Shown: in pieces, positions 1 through 13,618 of the stretch
Position numbering within the stretch: the stretch's first letter is position 1
Layout: every line of letters starts with the position of its first letter
Assembly (NCBI RefSeq): GCF_006345805.1
Contig: NC_043009.1
Coordinates: 18,724,001-18,788,000, forward strand
Direction: 5' to 3'
From: Octopus sinensis
Lineage: Eukaryota
DNA length: 64,000 bases
The notes under the pieces: model-generated
What the model was told of the DNA's origin: nothing
Seen by the model: only the letters and a program-made list of their open reading frames with translations
Databases searched by the model: none
Made by a program: the position numbers and the translations under genes

Positions 1-480
1 TTGAGCACTGAAACATCTAGGTGACCCAGCAGTGGAGTAGGATGCTCTGAAAGTATAGTTGCTTGAATAAAAATCGACTGGAGAAAGGTCAGAGAATAAA
101 AGGCAGATTGTATGATAACTGTGTAAGAGCAGTAATTTTACATAGTTGTGAAACTTGGGCTGTGAATCCAGAAGACATGGGAACATTTGAAAGAAGTGAA
201 TCAAATATGCTCTGATGGATGTTCAACGTCAGAGTATTTGTATGACAAAGCACAAGAAAAATTGGGTATATGAGGCATCAGATGTAGTGAAGATGGTGCT
301 GGTATGGTAATGTGATGTAGATGGGTGAGAAGAGCTATATAAGGAAGTACCAATTGTTAAATGTGCAAAGGAACATGTGGAAGGGGTAGACCTTGAAAGA
401 CATGGGATGAAATGGTGAAGACTGACCTCAAGATATTGAGTCTCTCAGAGGAGACGATAGGGGACTGAAACAAATGGTGT
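1..480 (+). mobile_element. Degenerate RTE-clade LINE fragment (C-terminal part of RT)
   Basis: Broken translation resembles LGD..GCSESIVA.I...W+K..E and 'HSCETWAVNPEDM..FERSE'; homologous by eye to 5230-5720. Confidence 0.7.
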
Positions 481-834
481 TATGCTTGGCTTGAGAAGAC
501 CCGTCCATCTCAGCAGAATTGAGGCTCTGTCAAAGCTTCCCTCACAACTCATGTATTTTCTTCACTTCCTGCTATACTGGACTTATATCCTCTGCATCCA
601 ACTCATTCTCTGTCTCTAATCATTTGTCACACTAGTTTCACTCAGTGCACTTCCCATTCTGCCTCATATTCGTGTTGTACCTGGACCTCACATCTCTTTC
701 TTTCTCTCTCTCACTTTCCAGGTGGGCAAAGTCATGCATTCACCTCTTCAGCAAGACATCTGCTTCTCTCCCTCTATCATAGTTTCTTATTTCTCCAGTC
801 TATACCCTGGTTTTATCTTCTAAGTACTTGGTGA

Positions 835-1048
835 GCTCCCCAATGCTGGTGCCACATAAAAGGCACCCAGTACACTCTGTCAAGTGATAGGGCATCCAGC
901 TGTAGAAACCATGTTAAAGCAGGCACAGAACCTGGTAGAACCCTCTGGCTTGCCTGTTCTTGTCAAACTGTCCAAACTCATTGCCAGCATGGAAAAAGGG
1001 ACATTAAATGATGATGATGACAATGACGGTAATGATGATGATGATGCT
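835..1048 (+). repeat. Dispersed SINE/LINE-tail-like repeat ending in (GAT)n
   Basis: GGGCATCCAGCTGTAGAAAC...GCCAGCATGGAAAA..GGACATTAAATGATGATGAT; inverted copy at 2378-2512. Confidence 0.55.
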
Positions 1049-2377
1049 CTGTATGAAATGCCGAATGTTAATGTCAGTACATAAGGTTTGTTTTCAGAAC
1101 ACTGAAGATATACTATCAGCATATGTTATGTTATATAAATGGATATATGAAATCAAATACAATATATACTGAGTTTTTTTGTAAACATATACTGTGAACA
1201 AGCCACATTCTTCAGTGGCTGACAGTGAATAATCAACCTACATGTGATTTGTCTTTCTTGAGACTTGTCAAAGCTGCTCACTACTTCTCCTTATTACTGA
1301 AGTTTTATGGAGTGAATTTTAAGAAAAAATGTAAAGAAACGCAATGAACAGGATTGATAAATCACTAGACATTGCAATAAGTATATCGTTATTCTATGGG
1401 CAGAGAAGTTATGTTGAATGAACAGTAAAACAAGTTTGTCCTTATCTTGAGTACTGGAATTTTGTTGAGAGAGCAATAAAAATCATGCATTAAATGTGGC
1501 TTCAATGAAAAGTTCTCTGATTGCCAGGGTCCTACTCATTTGATAAATAGCAACACAGTAATAAAACCAGTCAACTTAATCAATACACAGGAACTATGAG
1601 TGCATACAACTGCTTTGCTGTTCTGAGAGAATCAAATGCTCTACCTGTCTCACTTGAACACAAAAGTAAAGTTGACTAAGCATCTAGTTAATACCTTGGA
1701 TCGTGGGTGGAAACACTTGGTTAGTATGAAACACTTGATTAGAAACAGCTGTAAGACTATCTTTCTCTTTATAAACGTCCTCATACACACATGAATATAT
1801 ATATATATTCATATATGTGTGTGTGTATGCATGTGTGTGTGTGTGTCCATGTCCATATGTTTATATAATTGTGTGTACGAAAATATACTTGTAAATATAA
1901 ATATATATATACATATATGTGTGTGTTTGTATGGATAGCTATTACATTCTGTCTGTCTTTCTGCTGTGTCTCGATTAATTCTCTTGGTTCTATATCGAAG
2001 TGAAATTTCAGCAAAATAAAATAGCATGTTTTGTCTCAGTTACTTAGGGTGCGGTGCTATTTAAAACTAGAGCCACGTGCTTGGTAAATGTAAGCTTACT
2101 TGAACAATTAGTCACTACCATCTGGATAAGATAATGAAGAGGAGAAAATTTTGCCTGAAGACACACAAAGGAAAATACACACAAACATACATAAGTTTAG
2201 TAACTTAAGCATACTTGCACACAAGATTTGCAAAGTCAGAGCAGACACATGCATGGAAGTATGTATGTGTCCATAGAGAGATGAGATATAGAATGTAGAA
2301 AAACAGAGGCAAGCATTTAATATGACAGTGAGGCAGATGTGTATATATTTCTATGTGGATATGCTTATATATATATA

Positions 2378-2512
2378 TCATCATTATCATCGTCGTCATT
2401 TAACGTCTCCTTTCCATGCTGGCATGGGTTGGACAGTTTGACTGTGGGCTGGCGAACCAGATGGCTGCACCAAGCTCCAGTCTTGATCTGGCAGAGTTTC
2501 TACAGCTGGATG
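2378..2512 (-). repeat. Second copy of the (GAT)n-tailed repeat
   Basis: TCATCAT...TTTAACGTCTCCTTTCCATGCTGGCATG...TTTCTACAGCTGGATG is the reverse complement of 890-1040. Confidence 0.55.
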
Positions 2513-2936
2513 TATATATGTATGTGTATATATGTATGTACGCACATGTATATGTATATATCTATAATAATAAATGCGAAAGCGAATGTCAGTGTGTCAG
2601 AGAGTCACGCCATTTCAACTTTACTCTTCTGACCCCCTCTCTCACTATTCAATGACACTTCTACCATTCCTCATTCTTTACCCATCTCTCACTATTCAAT
2701 GGCTCTTCTACTATTCTTCATTCTTAGTTTTTCCTTAATGTGGTTGAGACACAAGCTTCTTATCACACATCTATGCCCATGCCTACATGTGTGTGTGTGT
2801 GTGTATACACACACATGTATGTAATGAAGGGATATCTCTAATATCCTAGAAACAGTTGTAAGACTATCTTTCTCTTTATAAATGTCCTATAAATTCCACA
2901 CAGCCTTGGCTTTGCTGTCTCGTGGCAAGAATAGAT

Positions 2937-3305
2937 GCAGGAGTGGCTATGTGGTAAGTAGCTTGCTAACCAATCACATGGTTCCAGGTTCAGTCCCACT
3001 GCGTGGCACCTTGGGCAAGTGTCTTCTACTATAGCCTCAGGCCGACCAAAGCCTTGTGAGTGGATTTGGTAAATGGAAACTGAAAGAAGCCTGTCGTATA
3101 TATATATATGTGTGTGTGTCCCCCAACATCGCTTGACATCGATGCTGGTGTGTTTATGTCCCCGTAACTTAGCAGTTCAGCATAAGACACCGATAGAATA
3201 AGTACTAGGCTTACAATGAATAAGTCCTGGGGTTGATTTGCTCGACTAAAGGTGGTGCTCCAGCAAGGCAACAGTCAAAATGACTGAAATGAATAAAAGA
3301 ATAAA
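2937..3305 (+). mobile_element. tRNA-derived SINE, family A, near full length
   Basis: A box TGGCTATGTGG, B box GGTTCAGTCCC, internal (TA)/(TG) tract, A-rich tail; further copies at 6770, 31590, 32945, 44829. Confidence 0.85.
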
Positions 3306-3798
3306 AGAAAAAGAAAGAATAGATAGATAGATAATTATATACAGATATTATGGTGTATATATGTGTGCATGTCTCAGATGGGGTATATACTTAGTGTCTC
3401 AGAGATGAAAGGTTACTAAATGTGGAAAATGAATGGGAGAAGGAGAGTCATTCAAATATCAAATCCATTGAGGAACCAGCCATCAGAGTTGATAGTAGTA
3501 CAATAAGATGACTACTTAATGCTTTTTATATATATTCTATATACTTTATGCACAATTTTATAGACTTAATATGCATCATTCATAAATATTCACTCTTATT
3601 TTTCCATTCTTGCCATAAACAATATAATTTATTTTAAAATTTTACATGGTCACAATTTCATATTTAGAAAACAAAAATTTTATAGTAAAAGAAATTATTT
3701 TATATGTAAAATTTCACGGGAGTAGAAATTTAATGCAACATGGCATACTCTGAAAACCACATTGTTGGTAACTTATAAACCAAGGCGATGGATCAGAG

Positions 3799-4110
3799 TT
3801 AGTACACATTTCGGTTTGTGTACACCTTTCAATCCAATACTTCTTTGCAGATTATGTTCTTCGTGTAAGTTCTCCCTCTTCTATTATCTTGGTTGTCAAT
3901 GTTGATAACTTTAACTCTCACATCAGATAATTTGCGAGCCCTTGAAAATGCAACATATAGCCGACCATGGCCAAATACAGGTTCAGGCAAGAACAGCCCC
4001 ACTTTATCAAATGTTTGCCCTTGTGATTTATTGATAGTCATTGCATATAACAGGCAAACGGGAAACTGTGTGAATGGCAAGTTTGAGATGCGCATTCGTT
4101 AAGTGATATA
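3799..4110 (-). mobile_element. Helitron 3' fragment (PIF1-like helicase C-terminus)
   Basis: ORF 3829-4095: QFPV.L.YAMTINKSQGQTFDKVGLFLPEPVFGHGRLYVAFSR; 7-bp hairpin at 3802-3823 just after the stop. Confidence 0.85.
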
Positions 4111-4477
4111 AAAAAACTTACTTTAATTAAAATAAATTACTTTTCCCTATACACCCACCATCACACACTCTCTCTCTCTCTGATCTCATCATCAGAACAT
4201 CACCCCTCTGCTAAAATTATATTCCTAACTCTCCTCTATATCACTACCTTTAATTAACTTTTTTAACTACATATTAAATATCACATTCCCCCTACCACAT
4301 GTCATGGATGCTTCTTTCTCCGTCTTTTCTCTCCCCTTCTTTTTCTTTTTCTCTCTCTTTCTACCTCACTCTTTGCATTATCCTCTTTTTCCCTCTCCCT
4401 CTTTTCTTTCTCCTTTTTCTCTAATCATGTGAAAGTGTTACCGATGGGCTAAGTAATGTAATAACAAGCAGAATTAT

Positions 4478-5750
4478 TATAAGATAGAATTAAGCTAGCT
4501 GAAATGCAGTTTGGCTTTGTACCTGGGAGGAAGAGTACCACAGATACCATCTTCCTAGTGAGACAGCTGCAGGAAAGGTATTTGGCCAAAAGTAAGCCAC
4601 TGTCAAACTGGAGAAAGCTTTTGACAGAGTCCCACAAACTGTTATCTGGTGGTCTCTAAGGAAGCTAGGAATAGAGAAGCGGCTTGCTAGAGCTGTACAA
4701 GCCATGTACAGAGGTGCTGTGAGTAAGGTGGGAGTCGGCCATGAACATAGTGATGAATTTAGCATTGAAGAATGAGTTCACCAGAGCTCAATTCTTAGTC
4801 CACGCCTGTTCATCATAGTCCTCCAGGCCATAACAGAGGAATTCAAAATTTGATGCGCATAGGAACTATTATAAGCTAATGACCTTGCTCTTATTGCAGA
4901 ATCTAGCAGAATTAGAGAAGAAATTCCAGGTATGAAGCAAAACCTGGAATCAAAGGGTCTTAAAGTTAACTTAGTTACGACAAAAGTTGTTGTTAGCAAG
5001 AAAGCAGATAAGACTCTATTTCAACCAGGTAAATAACCTTTGTAGGAAAGGAGTAGAAAGTAATTTCATTCACTGCACCAAATGTAAGCTATGGACAAAA
5101 CAAAAGATACAGTGGAACCACAGATAGATTAACAGATAAGGTCACTTTTGTGTGTGGCACATGTGCAGGAACAATAAGCACATGGGACTTAGACTCTCTC
5201 AAATACCCAGGAGTTCTCTTGAGGCAGCAGATAGTTTTATATCATCTAGGCGACCAAATTAGCAATGGAGGTGGATGTTCTGAAATTATTATTTCTAGAA
5301 TACGAATAGGATGGAGAAAGTTCAAAGAGCTACTACCTCTGTTGGCAAGAAAAGGACTCTCTCTCTCTCTCAAAGTGAAAGGTTGATTGTATGATGCTTG
5401 TGTACGAACAGCTATACTTCATGGTAGTGAGACATGGGCTCTGAATGCAGAAGATCTGTGTAGACTAGAAAGGAACAAAGGCGGTATGCTCTGCTGGATG
5501 TGCAGCATCAATGTGCATGAATGTCAAAGCACAAAAGTTTTGAGAGAAAGATTGGGCATAAGAGGAATCAAATGCAGCATGCAAAAGGGGAACTACGTTG
5601 GTTTGGACATGTGATACATATGAGTAAAGACAGCTGTATAAAGTAGTCTCAGTAACTGAAAGTGGATGGTATCTGTGGAAGAAGGAGACCCAGGAAGTCA
5701 TGGGATGGAATAGTGAGGACCAATCTCAGGTTTTGGGGGCTCACGGAGGA
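4478..5750 (+). mobile_element. Degenerate RTE-clade LINE, RT domain to C-terminus
   Basis: EMQFGFVPGRKSTTDTIFLVRQLQE, EKAFDRVP, LHGSETWALNAEDLCRLERN; multiple stops and frameshifts. Confidence 0.85.
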
Positions 5751-6225
5751 ATGTTAATGTCAGTACATTTTTCGCATTTCCTGACGACTTAATTGCAGCA
5801 TTTGTTGCTGTAATAGTAATTGTTGCTGCTTCTGCTGTTGTTCTTACAGTTGTTGTTGATGCTGTTTTTCTTGCAGTTGTTGTTCTTTCAGTTGCTGTTT
5901 TTGCAACTCGAGCAAACTGGCTAACAAATTTTCCATAATTTTACGATTTTTCTCCTGTAAAATTTGCACAAAGAAAACTTTTGTGAGTTTGTTAATTCCT
6001 CGTCGCCACTATTTTAATCCTTAATGTCGAATTGTTATATCGCCCCATCTGGTATAGCAGTATAATTAGTTAAGACCACTAAAGACACGACTATCTATGA
6101 CTGTCTACTTCATAATCTCCGTTTATACTGACCAACGTTACCTTATTTATAGCAACTAGCACATGCCATTCATCACGTGGGAGGGGATGTACCATTATTA
6201 CTATTATTTCTACAACACGAACGAG

Positions 6226-6282
6226 GAGTCCTTACTGAGGAGGCTACGGAAATAGCCGAAACTGAATGTTCAGTCTTGAGTT
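6226..6282 (+). ncRNA. Minimal type I hammerhead ribozyme motif
   Basis: CTGAGGA 6235-6241, stem II GGCTA/TAGCC, GAAA 6258-6261, stem III CTGAA/TTCAG, GTC triplet 6273-6275; stem I poorly paired. Confidence 0.7.
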
Positions 6283-6769
6283 GGTGTTTTGGATGATTAC
6301 AGCCCTGTGAACAAATATGTATACATTTATGTGCTTTTCCTACCGCATTAGAGCATTTTAGCTCTTATTTCTAGCAATATATGTGTCCTGACACCCGTAG
6401 TCGAATTCAGTGATGATTATAGTTTTCCTTTATGGTATCACATTGTGCATAGCTGTTTGAGAGACATTGAGTAACAGTACTCTAGAGTGTGTCACTTTGA
6501 AAACTATATGTTTCGAACAAGAGTTTAGCAGTGCCACCTCTAGCCGAGCAGCTATTCCGTGCTGATGAAGAGAAATAACCCAGAAATTGTGATACACAGA
6601 TATTACTTTGTGCTGAGTGGCGATGCTAAATTCCCTTGTTAAAAAATATAAGGACACATATAGTATATCATATAGCCAGCTGGAGACGATGCTTCCTGGG
6701 ATTAAATAGCAGTAGCATTCGTCCTAACCAGGACTATCACGTTATGTTGGCAAATAATCTTTACTATAT

Positions 6770-7012
6770 GTGTGTGTGTGTGTGTGTGTGTCTTTGTGTA
6801 TTGTGTTTGTCCCCCACCACCACTGCTTGACAACCAGTGTTGGTGTGTTTATGTTGGTGCAACTTAAATTTTCAGGAAAAGAGACTGATAGAATAAGTAC
6901 TAGGCTTTAAAAAAATAAGTCCTAGGATCAATTTGTTCATCTAAAAATCCCTTCAATATGGTGCCCCAGTATGGCCGCAGTCAAAAGGGGTGAAACAAGT
7001 AAAAGATAAAAG
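6770..7012 (+). mobile_element. SINE family A, 3' half
   Basis: CCACTGCTTGACAACCAGTGTTGGTGTGTTTATG...GATAGAATAAGTACTAGGCTT...ATGGCCGCAGTC homologous to 3120-3300. Confidence 0.75.
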
Positions 7013-7019
7013 ATATCTA

Positions 7020-8185
7020 TCTATGGTTCCTATAGGGCTACCTGTTGAGGGCCACTGACCAGATATGTGGCTGTTGCAAAGTCCCCTCTCAACCCATGGT
7101 CACATGGTGGTGGAACAATGTAGGTCACAGGGCCATTAGGAAAAAGAAACAGGGCTGGAAGGACTAGAAATGTGGTGGTAGCAGAGAACTGTATCTGATA
7201 GCCATAAGGGAAGCTAGGAGACAAGTATACTTAGCCAGAGGAGAAGTAGAAAAGAAGGAGTTTGCCAATGTTCTGCCTTGTGAGGACCAGAGATTTGAAG
7301 TGTTTCGAATTGCAAGGCAGTGTGTGAGAGAAAATCGCGATGTCATAGGAGAGAAAGGCGTCCGCATGGATGATGATTCACTTACATTTAATGATGCTGT
7401 AACCAAAGTGATTTGCAAATGCCACTATGAAAGGCCGCAAAATGAATAGAATGAATGGGAGAAAGAGAGTCTGCCAAATGTTAACCCAACTGAGGGACCA
7501 GCTATCCGAATTGATAGTACCTTGGTAGATAAAGCAATTAAGGATATGAAGACAGGGAAAGCCCTTGACCCATCAGGAATTACCACTGAGATGCTTGAAA
7601 TATCTGGCGATGTAGGCTATGATCTAGTCACCCGTATAGTTAGTCAGGTGGTATACGAAGAAGTCATACCCAATGACTGGGGTAGTAGTACCATAGTCAA
7701 CTGCTGCAAAGATAAAGGTGATGCCTTAGAAATGACTATGGAGGTGTCAAATTGTTGGATCAGGTGATGAAAGTCGCGAAAAGGGTCATAGCCCAACTAA
7801 TTAGTGAGAGTTAGTTTAGATGAGATGCCGTTTGGTTTTGTGCCAGGGAGAAGCACCACTGATGTTATATTTCCAGCCAAAGATAAACTGCTGTGCTTGG
7901 CTTTTGTTGACATGGAGAAAGCCTTTGACAGGGTTCCCCGATCCCTTATCTGGTGGTCAATGCGGAAACTATGGATGGACGAGAGGTTGGTAAGAGCCAT
8001 ACAAGCCATGTACAGGGATGCAGTCAGTAACGAGTATAGTGAAGAATTCAGAGTAGAAGTAGGGTTTCACCAAGGATCAGCCCCTTCTTGTTCATCATAG
8101 TCCTCCAGGCAATAACAGAGAAATTCAAGATATTTATGCTGATGACCTTGTTCCTATAGCTGAACCACTACCAGAACTAGAGAAG
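7020..8185 (+). mobile_element. Degenerate RTE-clade LINE, linker plus N-terminal RT
   Basis: GKALDPSGITTEML, DEMPFGFVPGRSTTDVIF, FVDMEKAFDRVPRSLIWW, YADDL; overlaps the region covered by 4478-4900, so an independent copy. Confidence 0.85.
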
Positions 8186-9733
8186 AAATATTTAAACGTC
8201 TAGGTCACCAATTTAGTGAAGGTGGTCACTAATTTAAAGTATGAAAGTGTTCGTGGGAAAATCCAGTAAATGTGCTTTTGAGAAACATGTGTATATCAGA
8301 AGACAGTTTTTAAACAAATAATTTATCAAATTATTACCAGAGCTAACAAGAAGTAAAAAGATAGTTGCCTGTATGTATGCGAGTCAGGGAAAATATTACA
8401 ACTTACGTCTGAACAATAGATTCAGTTGGCAGTCGTTATAAGCTAATAGGATCGGAGCTAGCTTAAACGAAAGTATACTGTTCATTATGAGACAGAGTTA
8501 TGGCTGATGTCATCCAGAATTTCACGGAGTTAAGTTAGCAAAAATGAAATAAGCTGTTCATGAGGTGACAAGTCGAGAGCCGATATAACTCAGAGTTAGC
8601 TGCACGAAGCTGGTGGTGAAAAACCAAGAGGTTTCCTGTTGAAAGAGGGAATGTTGTTGGTGCGCGTTCTTTTCGCCAACTGCTTGAAACTTCTCTGCTT
8701 GGGCAGAGAACTACCTTCGGTATTCATACGAGCCCAGTCTTGATTAGATGGAGTATGCCATAGCACAACGTTGCTATGCTGCGACAACAAAAATAGCTTT
8801 CCTCACTCACAACAGATTTGTAACATATGGTTATTCTGTGAACCATTTTGTGCAAATGGCTGCAATATTTAGTGTATCATATGTGTATGGAGGGATGATA
8901 GAAGAAAAAACCTACGAAAAGATACAGCCTGACCATTGGTGAAAGGTTTGATGCATATTGGTATAGATACAGCGAAAGGGAACCTTCATCTATATTTATA
9001 CCAATACATTCTGAAAGAGCATGCTTGTGTGGAAATTATACCTATTCATCCAAAGGATCCGACGTACAGTCCATATAGAACAGACTATTTCAACAGGAAA
9101 AGCGAACAGAATAACAGTACACTCTAGAAGCAATATAATTCCAATAACACTATATACTACTGAATCCCCGAATACAGCCGTCATCAAAAAATTATAAACA
9201 ATTAATAAAGAAATAAAACTTCTCCATACAAGTATAATGATGGTTTACCCATAAATACCTTTATTACCATACAAACTTTTAACAAACACATCAATATGAG
9301 GTGTCGTGCTATTAAATAGTCATTCGAATGAGCAACCTAATTTCCTGAAATTACTAATGCAGTCTTCAAAAAGGAATGACATACTTGAAAATTTAGTTCT
9401 GGTCGCACGTTTCAAAAGAAAGTAAAAAATAAAAATAAAAGTCGAAATGGTGAAATTATCCCCGTACAAATCTCATGCATGAGAAAAAAAAAAAAAGAAC
9501 AGGAAGCATAACTACGTATCAGAATAAAACAATACAAAAAACCAACAGCGCTACTATTGTCTTCTTACTAAAATTTCATGCTCAGTAACAAATTTGCTGC
9601 ACAAAGTACAATGTTATAAAAAAAATAACTACCATACCAAATCTCAAGACAACCACCTTTAAAATACATGTAATCGAAGAATATCACGTAACCATCTCTT
9701 AATATAATAATGAGCGTAGTGCTTTTATATATT

Positions 9734-9778
<45 letters not shown>

Positions 9779-11802
9779 AAAATCACACAGTAGGAGGGAG
9801 TGAGACAAAGAGTAGTATAAGTGAAGGTTGAGCAGAGAAAATAATAATTCAGGGCAGGAAAAGTAGTGAGAGTAATAGCATGACTGAAATAGAGTGAGAG
9901 AAAGTAATAGCAATGAGAGAGAGGAAGTGGCAAAGAGAGCGTTGTGTATCTTCTACTATAATAATACTCTTGGATTTTCTCCGTCACAACATATGAATGA
10001 AAAAGGAAGGGGTGACAGATGAATAAGGCAGGAAGGGGTGATGGCAAACTTAGTAGTGGGATGATGGAAATTTTACGGTGAAAAAATCAAACAGCGTTTC
10101 AACTCTGTGTGAGTATATGTGTGTATGTAAAAGGGAGGAATGCGAATGTTTGTGTGTGTGTGCAATGGAAATGGGATGGTGAACATTCAACGCTGAAAAG
10201 AAAAGTCAAGCATCGTTTCAGTTCTGTGTGAGTATGTGTGTATGCGTGAACCAACGTTCTTTCAATAACAGACGATGATCGATGTCACATCTCAACAGAC
10301 AACCATAAAATAGCATTAATTTGATTTACCATCCATTTTCTATCTGATGTGTTACAAATAATTATTATAATCACACACTCTACACAAACATATACAAACT
10401 CATTAGAGAAAATAATTACTGCCTGAGTGAATCAAGAATATAAAACGACTGTAGTTGAAAGATATATTATAAATACACATCTTAATTTAACAGTTTATAC
10501 ATGTCCTTAATTTATTTATATTAAGAAATTTTTACCCAGTGTTCTTTCAGTAACTATTCATAAACTAACCAGCGTTATTTCAGTAATTAATGATGATTGA
10601 TGTCACATCTCAAAATACAACCACTAGATAACATTGAGAACTGCATTAGTCTGAATTACCAACCATATTCTATACAAAATACTCCTAGCCTGAAAATCTA
10701 AAGCTAAAAGAAAACTTCACTGTAACGTTCATATTGCTGTTATACAAGAAAAATGCTGTAACTTCAACGCAGCATCCCTTCCCTCTTTGATTGCATTCTG
10801 ATAAATCATGCTTAGTTAAACTACGTTATGCATCCAGTACATAAACACTGCAAACGAATATCAACGCACCAAGAAATAAACACCACACTAGAAATGCAAG
10901 CATTCAAAATAAAAACGAATAGGAAACATTAACAGAACTAACATACAGCAAAAATAAAACAAGCCATCGAACTGAAGAACTATATAAAAAAAAAGAAAAA
11001 AAAAGCTGATAACTGGCGAAAAATTGCGTTCAACAAACAAAAAAAAAAAAACAGTAGATATGTAGTGAATAGTTAAATATCAGTAAACTGTTGTACCAAC
11101 TGTAATAATAACCAAACCAAAATAACTTCAGCAATAGTAACTACACCATGTGACACAACACAATAACACAACAGCTCTAATAACAACGACACTATATCAC
11201 TAAGTACAATATCGACTAATAAAAAGAACATGTCCACACTCCTAAATGTAAACGTTCTTATTAATACGCTCCTAAAATTACATTAAAACGTCTGAAAAGC
11301 AAAACGCAAGCAACATACTTTTCATGTAGAGCGCGAGCTATTTCTTTCATCATATACCAGAAATTCAAATTGGAAATCCCAAATATCAAAAGTCACCAAG
11401 GTCAACAAAATGTTCGTCTATAATCTCAGGCCTGAAGGCATTTTTGTTTTCATGTATATGTAACAAAAAATGAAAGTAAAAAAGTAAAATGTTTCTATTA
11501 TATGTTACGATTTCAATAACAACTGTTTATAATCCTGTTGGCAACGTTTTGTTTTAATGTTCTACTGTAGAATAGAATTTTAGCCAACGTTGTATGTTTG
11601 AACAAATTTCAATGCAATATCCATGCAAATTATTTATCTATTTTACTGAAGCTCTAAGTAATAGCCGGTCTATAAGCTTACCTCCGTGGATAGTTACAGT
11701 AAGAATTTAGTTTCTCATAAAATTCTACACGGGATTCAAACTAGTCCGGCTTGGAGTAAAGCATCCTTTTTGCATGTTTCACATACAATCTCTCTCTTTC
11801 TT

Positions 11803-11834
<32 letters not shown>

Positions 11835-12094
11835 ACACATATATATATTCAGGGCACAAGGAGCTTGTAGATGTAGGTAGGGAATATATGAATCGCACTT
11901 TCTATAACACATATTAGTGAAGTACTCGTGTAAAAATATTTTATGTTCTGTAGAGTGCTGTGTGTATTTGTGAATGATAGTTATACAATAAGTAAAAGTT
12001 TAGGCGGTTAATTATATTTGAATTATGCTATGGCGCTTAGCCATAATTGTCTACAGCAGGTAAATGATGGAGTAAAAAGAGAACATTGAGTTTA

Positions 12095-12310
12095 TGTGCA
12101 TTATGAATTCTTGCAGACGTCACGATTTTTCATTATCCTGCCCTCGCATATCCACGATACTGACCAAGCTCATAAGACTCTCAACACTTTTTCCTCCCTT
12201 TCTGGCTTTCAGTCCCTATTTACCGTGGATATAAAATCCCTATATACCCATCTACCAACGATGTTGTTAAATATTTCTTTCATCTACCAAAGATGTTGTT
12301 AAATATTTCT

Positions 12311-12312
<2 letters not shown>
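12095..12312 (+). mobile_element. Penelope-like RT fragment
   Basis: LPSHIHDTDQAHKTLNTF...LFTVDIKSLYTHLP matches the PLE RT motif 'F/T-x-D-(I/V)-x-SLYT-x-I/L-P' preceded by 'PSYI+DT'. Confidence 0.65.
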
Positions 12313-12345
<33 letters not shown>

Positions 12346-13532
12346 ATATATGTAGTGGATCTTGCAGGCATGAAGTGGATTCGATTCACCATAGCCAAAT
12401 TTCAAGTAACAGTTCAACAGAACTTTTCTCACGGTGGAACAATGGTTTTTCTGTGACAGTTTATATTTGCCAGATTGCCTTAGCCAGTCCGAAATAATGT
12501 CTTCAGGACTTGAAACTTCTAACCTCTTATAAGCGACCAAAGCTAGAATTAAAATAACTAGTACCACCAACGAAATCCATTGTTCTCAACGATATGTCTA
12601 TCCTTCTGGATAGTTATAAAAGCAAGAACCCCAAGCAACAATTAGTTAGTCACTCGGTGACAACTCAGTCTGTTGCTGACAACTTAGTGAGAACGGAGTC
12701 TGGCTGACAGGATAAACAAAACGCCGTTTCTAAAGATAAGGGCATAAAAATGACAACGATGGTAACTCACCAACGAAGCAGTTGTTTCGTCACACACTCT
12801 CACTCTCACTAGCTCACTTTATTTTCTCTTACAACATCATTCTATCTCTCTCTGTAATTACTACTACACAATGACTAGAACATAAACACAAACCATACAA
12901 GGAAAATCTACACTTCCCGTTACTTCGCATGCTGTTGGATTTTATAACCTGCCCGTCGAGGCAAGGTACATACGATGTAAAGGTAAAAATAAATATTTTC
13001 TTCACAACTTCAATCACTGTTCTTTCATCCTTACATAATGGCAATCAACGAAGAACCAAACTGATTACGACACCGACATTCCATCCTACTGTATATCAAC
13101 TATCGTTTACCATATTATCCTTATACATATCTATTTCAACAGAAACAAATCAATCACAACAGTAACAAACTCAATTTCAACCGATACAAAATAATCTTCA
13201 TCGTTACAACTGGTGAACCCGAGCGAAAGAATTGCTGACTTCTGAAGCTACATTGCCAACATATATATACACTACTACTACTACTACTACTACTACTACA
13301 GGATGAAATTCTTTTCAGAAAAAAATTTCATCAAAAAGTAGCGGCATATTAAAATACCTTTAAGGTTAAAATTATAAGCAACTTATAAACAAGGGCAAAA
13401 GAAAAATTATTTCCATGCCAATATGCTGATAACAGACTTCATTTCGTCAATTTCCACATATCATTATACACTCACTGCAAATAAACGTCGTGCTGAAATC
13501 GGGAAGCTACCCAACAGAATTAAAAAAAAAAG

Positions 13533-13618
<86 letters not shown>

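Noticed and set aside
8596-8790. WHTPSNQDWARMNTEGSS resembling the start of an RNase H domain
   Set aside because: The first catalytic Asp is Glu and no in-frame downstream Glu/Asp motifs follow; probably chance
13425-13470. Minus-strand GAC-GAAA-TGAA-GTC-TGTTAT as a hammerhead 3' half
   Set aside because: Upstream CUGANGA box and stem II are too degenerate to support
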